A stretch of DNA of 64,000 nt from a virus (taxonomy: Duplodnaviria > Caudoviricetes). This document shows, piece after piece, positions 54,159 to 61,292 of this stretch; the stretch's first letter is position 1; every line of letters begins with the position of its first letter. The DNA is taken from IMG/VR virus record IMGVR_UViG_3300047160_004775, positions 1,162 through 65,161 of that record; one strand, 5' to 3'. The notes under the pieces are model-generated. The model worked only from the letters and a program-made list of their open reading frames with translations, searched no databases and was not told where the DNA came from. The position numbers and the translations under genes were made by a program.

Positions 54159-54436
54159 CAGAGCTTGCCTTCCCGGCGGTGGTGGTCGTGGCCTCTCGGG
54201 CCGTGGTCGGGGGCGGCCTGGCGGGCGTGGGAGCCCTTTCCGCCGCCCATGCCCGGCGGGATCCCCCGGGCGCTGTCCTCGAGCTCCGGCTTGCGCCCCG
54301 TGTGCGCCACGGCGTCGGGGTGCATGGCGTCGCGGGTGGGATACGGATCCACGCCGAAGTTGCCCTTCTCCCCGGCGCCGGCCATCTGCTTGTGCTGGCG
54401 GATCGCCGGCTGCTCCACCTTCTTGCCACCGAACAT
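54158..54436 (-). CDS. small G/H-rich protein, first gene of the late transcript
   Basis: AGGAGG RBS; TGATG-coupled to the next gene. Confidence 0.7.
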   Translation of the reverse strand: MFGGKKVEQPAIRQHKQMAGAGEKGNFGVDPYPTRDAMHPDAVAHTGRKPELEDSARGIPPGMGGGKGSHARQAAPDHGPRGHDHHRREGKL

Positions 54437-54561
54437 AGCTTGACCTCCTGAAGTGAGCGTGAGCGCTCGGTCCGCTGGCGATTCGATAGCACGATTTGCG
54501 GGTTTCCTCGCCTGCCGGTGCGCGCTAGCGTAGCCGTGCTGGCTAGCCACGGAGGAACAGC

Positions 54562-54915
54562 ATGGCCCAGGTGATCAGGAACGAAGACCTCGAAGCTCTG
54601 GAGGCGGCGGGCAAGGAGCTCTTCGACCTCGCGATGTCGATGGCGGAGCGCTACACGCTGCTGGACGTGTCGGTGGCGCCTGAGGCCAACGAGGTCGCCG
54701 TGAAGGTCCAGGCGCTGGTGCTGGCCGCGAACGGGCTGCTCACCGGCGCGGCCCAGTCCGAGGGCATCACCATTGTGGGCCTCGGAGCCGCCTGTGGCTG
54801 CGCACTCGGCAAGTGCATCGGCGACCGCCGCGTGCTCTTCGCCGGCTTTCAGGATCAGTTCAAGCGGGCGTTGGACGAGGTGCGGGAGGCCGACAGGCCC
54901 AAAGGCACGGCTTGA
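54562..54915 (+). CDS. hypothetical protein
   Basis: GGAGGA RBS; 117 aa. Confidence 0.7.
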   Translation: MAQVIRNEDLEALEAAGKELFDLAMSMAERYTLLDVSVAPEANEVAVKVQALVLAANGLLTGAAQSEGITIVGLGAACGCALGKCIGDRRVLFAGFQDQFKRALDEVREADRPKGTA

Positions 54916-54939
54916 CCTCCGGTTGTGGCGTGCTACGGT
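54912..54939 (+). promoter_or_regulatory. putative sigma70 promoter
   Basis: TTGACC-16nt-TACGGT with extended TG; upstream of the HNH gene. Confidence 0.5.
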
Positions 54940-55048
54940 CAAGCTGCCACGACGACTCTGGTGCCTATGCTTAGCAATGCGACGCGGCGGCCGGACTGTC
55001 TCCATACCTCGGCGACGATGGCCGCGTGTATTTGAAGGGGGCGGCTCA

Positions 55049-55516
55049 ATGAAACGTTGGCCACGCTATGCGCGGTGGATCGCTCAGGCAAAGTTGGAAC
55101 GCCTTTATGACCTATGGGCAGCTATGCGCGGCCGCTGCCAAAGGCCAACTGACGCAGCTTTTCACAATTACGGGGGTCGCGGTATTCGCATATGCGAGGC
55201 GTGGTCTGATTTTCGCCAGTTTTCGGTGTGGGCGCTCGCCCATGGTTACGCGAGAGGGCTTACGCTGGAGAGAGAAGACAACAGCGGCAATTACGAACCG
55301 GAAAACTGCCGTTGGGCAAGTCGACGAGACCAAGCCAGAAACCGTCGCAACAACCATCGCCAGCTCGACGGAAGCCTTTGGATTGATGTCGCTTCCGCCA
55401 ACGGAATCATACCCGAAACCTTTCATTCTCGCGTATCGCGGGGATGGACGGCAGAGCGTGCGGCAACCGCGCCATTGCGGCCAGTAGGCGCGGCCCTAAA
55501 GCGGGAGGGCGCGTGA
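55049..55516 (+). CDS. HNH homing endonuclease
   Basis: RLYDLW.AMRGRC...[13 protein letters not shown]...[18 protein letters not shown]...QARNRR. Confidence 0.88.
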   Translation: MKRWPRYARWIAQAKLERLYDLWAAMRGRCQRPTDAAFHNYGGRGIRICEAWSDFRQFSVWALAHGYARGLTLEREDNSGNYEPENCRWASRRDQARNRRNNHRQLDGSLWIDVASANGIIPETFHSRVSRGWTAERAATAPLRPVGAALKREGA

Positions 55517-55746
55517 TGGCCCATGGGCGTCGAACCGGCCGAGGCACCACGTTCTCCGACGTGCGCCGGGGCAACGTCACGCGTGACGATCCGCAGATCG
55601 GCTATTCGCGTTCGGCCGGCGCTAGCTCGCGCCTGACGCAAGCCGAGTTGATCGCGCTGCAGATGCGGGGTGACCGAAAGCGCGACGCAACACCCGAGCG
55701 CAAGCCGACGCTTCGGCGCTTTTCGTGGGAGGACAGTGATGCGTGA
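55516..55746 (+). CDS. hypothetical protein
   Basis: TGATG-coupled. Confidence 0.6.
   Translation: MAHGRRTGRGTTFSDVRRGNVTRDDPQIGYSRSAGASSRLTQAELIALQMRGDRKRDATPERKPTLRRFSWEDSDA
55576..55587. repeat. palindrome GTCACGCGTGAC
   Basis: Exact copy; extends to CGTCACGCGTGACG. Confidence 0.95.
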
Positions 55747-55861
55747 GCCTCGGTGGTTGCGACAGACTCGGGCTATGCTTTCGGCAGAGGGATGGGCGCT
55801 CGTCGCCGTCGCCCTCGGCGTGGTCTCGGTCGTTCTGGCTCTGTGGAGGTCCTACGGATGA
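55739..55861 (+). CDS. 40-aa single-TM peptide
   Basis: Hydrophobic WALVAVALGVVSVVLALW; overlap-coupled. Confidence 0.55.
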   Translation: MREPRWLRQTRAMLSAEGWALVAVALGVVSVVLALWRSYG

Positions 55862-56154
55862 GGGAAGACGATCCTCTGTGGTGGACGGCCGGCGCGTGGA
55901 AGCACACGGGCCGGATCCTGATGTGCTTCGCGCCGGACATCTTCGTGGCGTGCCAGCGCCTTCGGGCAGCTCCCTGCTACGTGCACCAATGCTCGACGCC
56001 CTACCTCCTCAAGCTGGCCGGCGAGCGCGGCGACGATGAGGTGTGGGAGCAGCACGTCGAGACCTTCCCGAGCGTCTACGACCAGTTCCGTCGTCCCGGC
56101 TTCACGGGGTGGGACTATCAAGCGATGGAAGACATGGGGTTCGACGTAAGCTAA
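55858..56154 (+). CDS. hypothetical protein
   Basis: ATGA-coupled; 98 aa; followed by a terminator. Confidence 0.65.
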   Translation: MREDDPLWWTAGAWKHTGRILMCFAPDIFVACQRLRAAPCYVHQCSTPYLLKLAGERGDDEVWEQHVETFPSVYDQFRRPGFTGWDYQAMEDMGFDVS

Positions 56155-56187
56155 GTTGCTCGCGCACCACCTCCTGGGACACCCCTT

Positions 56188-56218
56188 AGCCCGACCTCAA
56201 CGGTCGGGCTTTTCTTTT
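56188..56218 (+). terminator. intrinsic terminator
   Basis: AGCCCGACC-TCAAC-GGTCGGGCT-TTTCTTTT. Confidence 0.85.
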
Positions 56219-56256
56219 GATCCGCAGGCGCCGGCAGCTTGGCGTCGCGCAGCGCT

Positions 56257-56877
56257 TCACGCGCGCTTCGGGGCGAAGAGATCTGGTTGGCGGCGCCAGC
56301 GCTCTAAGCGCGGGATGGTGTCCGCGAACCTAGAGGCGCTGGATCCGTCGATGCTCGTGGCGCCGGCCGCGTGCGCCATCCGGAACCGCCGGCGGGTGTT
56401 GACTCGGGCGACGTGATACCAGCAGCCAACCTCCGCGCAGAACGCGCCCCAATCGCTCATGCGGCCCTCTTTCCAGGCCGTCGAGCCACCAAGGAAGATG
56501 CCGACGTTGCCGCCGACGTAGGGTCGCAAATCCTCTGGCTCCATGCCGTCCTGCACGGCGATCAGCACCAGATCGCAGATTGAACGCACGCGGTTGGCCC
56601 AGCGCAGCGAGAGTTCGAGGCTCGCGCGGCCGCCGGCGACGATATCAGGGAGGACGATCCAGTCCGCGCCGGCGCCGAGGCGCTCGATCAAGCGCTCATA
56701 GGCCTGGTCGTCGAAGCGCTCGCCTTTCTGGAAATCGCTCCACGCCCCGGAGTCCAGGCAGTACCTGAAGCCCTCGGTGCGCCATTCGCCGGCGCGGCTC
56801 ACCAGCAGTCGCCAGCCGGCGGCGCGGAGGGCGGCGAGGTTACGCCGCGTGCCTGTGCGGCTGGCATAGCAGATCAT
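56257..56877 (-). CDS. queuine tRNA-ribosyltransferase/DpdA-like TIM-barrel protein
   Basis: CLDSGAWS, DWIVLPDIV, AVQDG, IFLGGST.WK, YHVARVNT, SIDGS; ATGA-coupled. Confidence 0.65.
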   Translation of the reverse strand: MICYASRTGTRRNLAALRAAGWRLLVSRAGEWRTEGFRYCLDSGAWSDFQKGERFDDQAYERLIERLGAGADWIVLPDIVAGGRASLELSLRWANRVRSICDLVLIAVQDGMEPEDLRPYVGGNVGIFLGGSTAWKEGRMSDWGAFCAEVGCWYHVARVNTRRRFRMAHAAGATSIDGSSASRFADTIPRLERWRRQPDLFAPKRA

Positions 56878-57182
56878 CGCCAGAACTCGGCGCCCATTCC
56901 CTCGGCTGCCCGCTCGAGCACGATCCCGATGCACTGCGGGCCCAGGGCGGTGAGGAAGGCCTTGGCCATGTTCTCCGAGGACCAGAGCTCCGGCGGCAGG
57001 TCGTAGCCACGGTGCGGCTCCAGTACGTGCCACAAGCGCTTCTTCAGGTCACGAGCGTCAACGAAGGCCGCGGCGCTGAAGTAGGCCGTCACCTTCCAAA
57101 CGTGGGAATGGCGACCTTCCTGCCCGGCCGGATCGGTGTGGAAGGCGAACAAGCTATCCGTGACGAAGACCCGGGGCGTCAT
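56874..57182 (-). CDS. short QueD/PTPS-like protein
   Basis: F.F.H...RHSHVWKVT His triad as in QueD; S.ENMAK; 102 aa. Confidence 0.6.
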   Translation of the reverse strand: MTPRVFVTDSLFAFHTDPAGQEGRHSHVWKVTAYFSAAAFVDARDLKKRLWHVLEPHRGYDLPPELWSSENMAKAFLTALGPQCIGIVLERAAEGMGAEFWR

Positions 57183-57412
57183 TCGAAGAGCTCCAGTTGG
57201 GGCCGGGCGCCAACGGTGCGCAGTCGGGGCAGGCGACCGACGAGGTGCTCGATCGCGGCTTCGATCTCGAGCATCTCGAGATCCAGGCGGTCGAGCAGAG
57301 TCTGGGCCATGCCGACTGGCACGCGCTCATTGGAGAGTTCCTTCACGGCGTTGTACCGCGCGGCCTCGAGCCAGCTGAGTTCCTCGCGGAGGATGCGGAG
57401 GGCGCTGTTCAT
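57179..57412 (-). CDS. small helical protein
   Basis: ATGA-coupled at both ends. Confidence 0.65.
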   Translation of the reverse strand: MNSALRILREELSWLEAARYNAVKELSNERVPVGMAQTLLDRLDLEMLEIEAAIEHLVGRLPRLRTVGARPQLELFE

Positions 57413-58266
57413 GCCACGTCACCCGCGCACCAGAGGCCGCATTCGGCGTCGTGCTCGTCGTCGTTGAGTTCATCGAACAGGTGGGGCTGCTGGGCGACCT
57501 CGCGCGCCAGATCGGCGTAGCTGTATTCGGTGACGAAGCGGGAGCCGGTGGCCGTGGCCTTACCTAGCGCGCCGATTGCGCCCTCTTGTTGCTCCCACCA
57601 CTCGGACATTCCCGGGTTTTCGCGGATCAACGCTGAGCGTTTGGCGCGAGACTTGAGGAAGCAAAGGTCGCAATTGCCCTCATAGGATCGCAGGTCCAGG
57701 TCGAAGGGCTGCTCGCGCCAAAAGGCCAGAACGTCGCGCTCGGTCGCCCCCGCTTTCGCGAGCGGCATGGCCGTCCTCCAACGCTCTTTTCCGGTATCGT
57801 TAGCGGCGAGCGCTTTCCACACGCGCCACATCTCGTCGGCTCGCAATCCAACGGCGCTGATCCAGTGATCCCAGCCCAATGAGCGCGCGAAGTCCCGCAT
57901 CACACGCACCTTCAATTCCAGGGTGCAGAAGCGAGTTACGGCGTTCGGCAGGTAGCCCTTTTTGGCGATCAGGCCCGCGAAGGGCTCGCCGGATCGCGCT
58001 GCGGAGTTGAAGCCGACTTCCTCGAAACAAGGCCTGGCGTCGCGCCACTCCAGCCAGTGGACCTTGACGCCCCAGCGGCTCCCGCACTCATGCACGAACC
58101 GCAGCGTTTCCTCGCGCTCCTTGCCGGTGTTGGCGAAGGCCACGACCACGTCGGGCGGAAGCTCGCCGCCATGCGCCTGGAGGATGCGCCAGAGCATGTA
58201 GGCTGAGGTCCGGCCGCCGCTGAAGCTGATCAGCGCCGGGCCTTCGATCAGGAACGGATCGCTCAC
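57409..58266 (-). CDS. PAPS-reductase-family PP-loop protein
   Basis: ISFSGGRTSAYML, FANTGKE.EETL.FV, RFCT.ELK, GLRADE, GNCDLCFLK. Confidence 0.88.
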   Translation of the reverse strand: MSDPFLIEGPALISFSGGRTSAYMLWRILQAHGGELPPDVVVAFANTGKEREETLRFVHECGSRWGVKVHWLEWRDARPCFEEVGFNSAARSGEPFAGLIAKKGYLPNAVTRFCTLELKVRVMRDFARSLGWDHWISAVGLRADEMWRVWKALAANDTGKERWRTAMPLAKAGATERDVLAFWREQPFDLDLRSYEGNCDLCFLKSRAKRSALIRENPGMSEWWEQQEGAIGALGKATATGSRFVTEYSYADLAREVAQQPHLFDELNDDEHDAECGLWCAGDVA

Positions 58267-59066
58267 GAAAACGCCTCCGGGTCGATCTCGCCTTCCTCGG
58301 CCGGCCAGATCGTCGGCCCCCCCTTGTCGCGCGCATCGAAGTCCGGATTCTGGCGGCGCAGATGGTCGACCATCGTCGCAGTGATGTGCAGACCAGGCGC
58401 GAAGGTCACAGGGTTCGGCGGGAGCGCCGCGCGCTCGGGCTTCGAGGCCTGCACGTGCTCGGCGAACTGCGCGGCCATGTTGCGGACGCTTTGGCGGGAC
58501 GCTTCGGACGGAATCGCGCGGGCCGCGATCTGCGGCAGAGCGAGGATCTCGTGCCTCGCAAGCTGCGGGCGAGCGTCGATGAGGGCGCGCTCCTCGGCGG
58601 CGCGGATCGCCTTCATGGCGATGTAGTAGGCCGTCACCGCCGGGTTGGCCACGGTGCGGGCGAGTTCGCGGAGCTTCCCGGGTTTGGGCAGGAATTCGCT
58701 ATCCGGCATCGCGGCCCACACTCGCATACCCATCTCCAGCGCCGGCAGCGGCACGTCGGCCAGGGACTCGACGTAGGGCGCCCAGAACATCGCCCACTGG
58801 CCCTGGCTGCGCTCGGGCTGCGGATAGACCTCGGTGTAGGCCAGGATCACGCGCCGGATGCCCTCCTCGCCGGCCGGCTCGCTCGCCTCCCGCTTCAGGC
58901 GCTCAAGATGGCCCTGAACCTGTTCGACCATCAGCGGGTTTGCGGCGATCTCGGCGATTGCCGAGTCCTCGTCACGTGGGGCGGCGGACAGAAGCGAGTG
59001 TAGGCGCGGCGACAGCGCGCCGGAGGTTGTCAAGGCGGCTGTCGGACTTAGGGGTTGGTCGTCCAT
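58263..59066 (-). CDS. replication protein P-like helicase loader
   Basis: Follows the O-like gene; YVESLADVP..AL..GMR.W....DSEFLPKPGKLRE. Confidence 0.6.
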   Translation of the reverse strand: MDDQPLSPTAALTTSGALSPRLHSLLSAAPRDEDSAIAEIAANPLMVEQVQGHLERLKREASEPAGEEGIRRVILAYTEVYPQPERSQGQWAMFWAPYVESLADVPLPALEMGMRVWAAMPDSEFLPKPGKLRELARTVANPAVTAYYIAMKAIRAAEERALIDARPQLARHEILALPQIAARAIPSEASRQSVRNMAAQFAEHVQASKPERAALPPNPVTFAPGLHITATMVDHLRRQNPDFDARDKGGPTIWPAEEGEIDPEAFS

Positions 59067-59904
59067 CGCGGGTCTCCGTCGTGGCAAGGTGCGTGTAGTG
59101 GCCTTCGAGAAGGCGCTGATAGGATTTCGGCTGCAGCATGAAGTCCAGGTCCGCCCGCCACCGGCGGTCGTTGTAGCCGTGGCACCAGGGCGAAGCCCGC
59201 AACCGGTCGAGCGCCCTGTACCAGCGGTCCGGCGTCCCGTTCAGCCGCAGCTTGAGCTTCCGGCGCCGCTCGTCCGTCAGCGCATTGGCGATCGGGAGGC
59301 CGAGCTCGGCGGCGAGTTTGTTGTACGCCTCGAAGGCGTCGCGGACAGGATCTGGCGTCGGCAGAAGCGCCGTGAGCTCCAAGGGCGTTCGTTCGGGTTC
59401 CTCGGCCCCAGGGTCGCCGTACATCGCATAGGCCAACGCGCTGTCGTCGGCGAACGCCGAGGACTGAGCAGACTCCGAAGGAGGCTGCGATAAATCTTCC
59501 GGAGGAAGAGGTGAAGGTGAAGGTGAAGACGCGCCCGCGTGTGTTTCGTTTTGCTTTCCATTTGGTTTTTTCGGACGACCGCCTTTTGCACCAGCAGCGG
59601 TCCGCGTCGCGCTAAGGCTACGGGCCTTTTCCAATTCAGAAACAACGCGCTGGTGATAGAGGCCCGCCTCATCCTGGCGGAAGAACGGGAGGATCAATGG
59701 CCCGATTTTTCGACGCCAAATCGTGCGAGAAACTTTCGCTGTCCGCGCAAGAAAATCTTCATCGGCGGGAAGCCTTCCGCCTCTTATCCAGCAGGCCATG
59801 ATCAGCAGGAGGTAAGCCCCGTGTTCCGCTGCTTCGAGGTGCATGGTGTCCCGCAGGTAGTCCGCGACGTAGAACGGCATCCACATGTCCGAGCGGCGCG
59901 CCAT
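58972..59904 (-). CDS. replication initiator (DUF1376/YdaU-type, lambda O-like)
   Basis: WMPFYVADYLRDT.HL.AAEHGAYLLLIMACW..GG.LP; C-terminal W.ADLDFML.PK....LLEG.Y. Confidence 0.85.
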   Translation of the reverse strand: MARRSDMWMPFYVADYLRDTMHLEAAEHGAYLLLIMACWIRGGRLPADEDFLARTAKVSRTIWRRKIGPLILPFFRQDEAGLYHQRVVSELEKARSLSATRTAAGAKGGRPKKPNGKQNETHAGASSPSPSPLPPEDLSQPPSESAQSSAFADDSALAYAMYGDPGAEEPERTPLELTALLPTPDPVRDAFEAYNKLAAELGLPIANALTDERRRKLKLRLNGTPDRWYRALDRLRASPWCHGYNDRRWRADLDFMLQPKSYQRLLEGHYTHLATTETRDGRPTPKSDSRLDNLRRAVAAPTLASVRRPT

Positions 59905-60109
59905 CAGGCCACAAGCCTGTGGGCAACGTCGCTTCGGAAATCAAATGTCTTGGAACCGCAACGGTGGCGGATTACTTTACCCACAGATGTCCCCTCTGCA
60001 TCAGGGTGATGTCGTGGACCTCCGCGTGTTTCGACGCTTCGGTCATGGCGGGTTGGGGATGGCTGTTCCCGACCCGCCAACCTACTAATCCTCCCGACCC
60101 GAGTCACCG

Positions 60110-60745
60110 TCAAGCCTGTTCGGCTCCTTGGACTTTCCGGCGCGCGATGGTAGGGGTTGGCCGTCGGTTGGGCGCGGGTCTCCCCCCACCGGCCGGGCCC
60201 GCGGGGGTGTCGTGGCAGACGCCCGCGGGCCCACCTTCGGCCGGGAAATTCAGCCTCGCGAACTCTCCGAAATGCATCTTCGCCGCTTCGTCATACGCAA
60301 CTCCAGCTTCAGCCTCCGTTGCGAACAGCCCGAGTCCGATGCGGCGTCCATCGACCGTGATCCGCGCTCGCCATCCCGAGCCGTGCTTGCCGACGCCCTT
60401 CATGGGCACCTTGGGGCGCACGTTCTGTGAATTTTGGCGAGCGGTGGCGACCCGGATATTTGCCCGGCGATTGTTGAGCCCGTCACCGTCACGATGGTCA
60501 TGGAAAACACCGGGGGCGGCACCGGTGAGGAACTGGTGAAGACGCTTCTTCACGTTCCCGCCGTTGTAAGCGTACACCAGGCCCGAGTCCGCTTTGACGG
60601 CGCACCAGTTCAGACCTTCGACTAGCGGAACGTCTGCCGCGTCAATCACCGCCGAATAGCCCTGGGTCAGTGGGCTATACGCCACGTCGCCGTCGATCCT
60701 GATGGGGCGGATTTTCTTGGTCCACGTCCGCTTTTTGAGCTTCAT
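60110..60745 (-). CDS. HNH-AP2 homing endonuclease
   Basis: PLTQGY.AVID..D...V...W, DHRDGDGLNNRRANIR, WRARI.V.G....LGLF.TE.EA..AYDEAA..HFGEFARLNF. Confidence 0.9.
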   Translation of the reverse strand: MKLKKRTWTKKIRPIRIDGDVAYSPLTQGYSAVIDAADVPLVEGLNWCAVKADSGLVYAYNGGNVKKRLHQFLTGAAPGVFHDHRDGDGLNNRRANIRVATARQNSQNVRPKVPMKGVGKHGSGWRARITVDGRRIGLGLFATEAEAGVAYDEAAKMHFGEFARLNFPAEGGPAGVCHDTPAGPAGGGRPAPNRRPTPTIARRKVQGAEQA

Positions 60746-61292
60746 TGAACTTCTCCACTTCGTCGCCCCAGGAATCCCAACCGGACCGCTTCTGGCGAGC
60801 AAAAAGTTCCAGCCGCGGAGCGGCCGCGAGGCGCTCGATCATCTCGACGACGCAATCGGGCTTTCTGGAGTGCTCGCGGATCGGCGCGAGCCAGACGTTC
60901 CGCTCCGAGCGGCTCAACCAGGCCGGATGGCCGCGCGTGCCCACCAGGAGGATCTCGGCCGCGCCGCGGAAAATGTAGCCGGGCCCGAAGGCGAGCTTGC
61001 GGCCGGTGCTGGACTGCTTCGCCCAGGCGCCGCCGGTCTTGTACTCGAACCCCCACGCGGCCATGAGCTCGAGGGCCTCGGGCAGCATGGGGAAGGTCGC
61101 CCACATGAAGATGGCGCTATTCGCGCCGGCCAGCTGCGCCACCGGCATGGCCTTCAACTCCGCCAGGGTCATGCAGGGGTAGTGCGCCACGGGGTTCTTG
61201 GCCTCGCCCTTGGCGCTGTAGTTCATGAACCGCCAGGGCGGGTCGGCGTAGAGCGTCGCCCAGCCGCCGAGGGGGCGCTCGGGAAGGCTCAC
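60675..61292 (-). CDS. MT-A70-family N6-adenine DNA methyltransferase
   Basis: YADPPW, IFMWATFPMLPEALELM.AWGFEYKT, GYIFRG.AE.LLVGTRG, REHSRKP, RLELFARQ. Confidence 0.92.
   Translation of the reverse strand: MSLPERPLGGWATLYADPPWRFMNYSAKGEAKNPVAHYPCMTLAELKAMPVAQLAGANSAIFMWATFPMLPEALELMAAWGFEYKTGGAWAKQSSTGRKLAFGPGYIFRGAAEILLVGTRGHPAWLSRSERNVWLAPIREHSRKPDCVVEMIERLAAAPRLELFARQKRSGWDSWGDEVEKFNEAQKADVDQENPPHQDRRRRGV

Noticed and set aside
59540-59640. Lambda-like origin iterons in the initiator gene
   Set aside because: A/T tracts are present, but I could not define clear repeated iterons
59904-60113. 69-aa ORF between the HNH-AP2 and replication genes
   Set aside because: Overlap-coupled at both ends but has a TTG start, no RBS and non-protein-like composition; left uncalled
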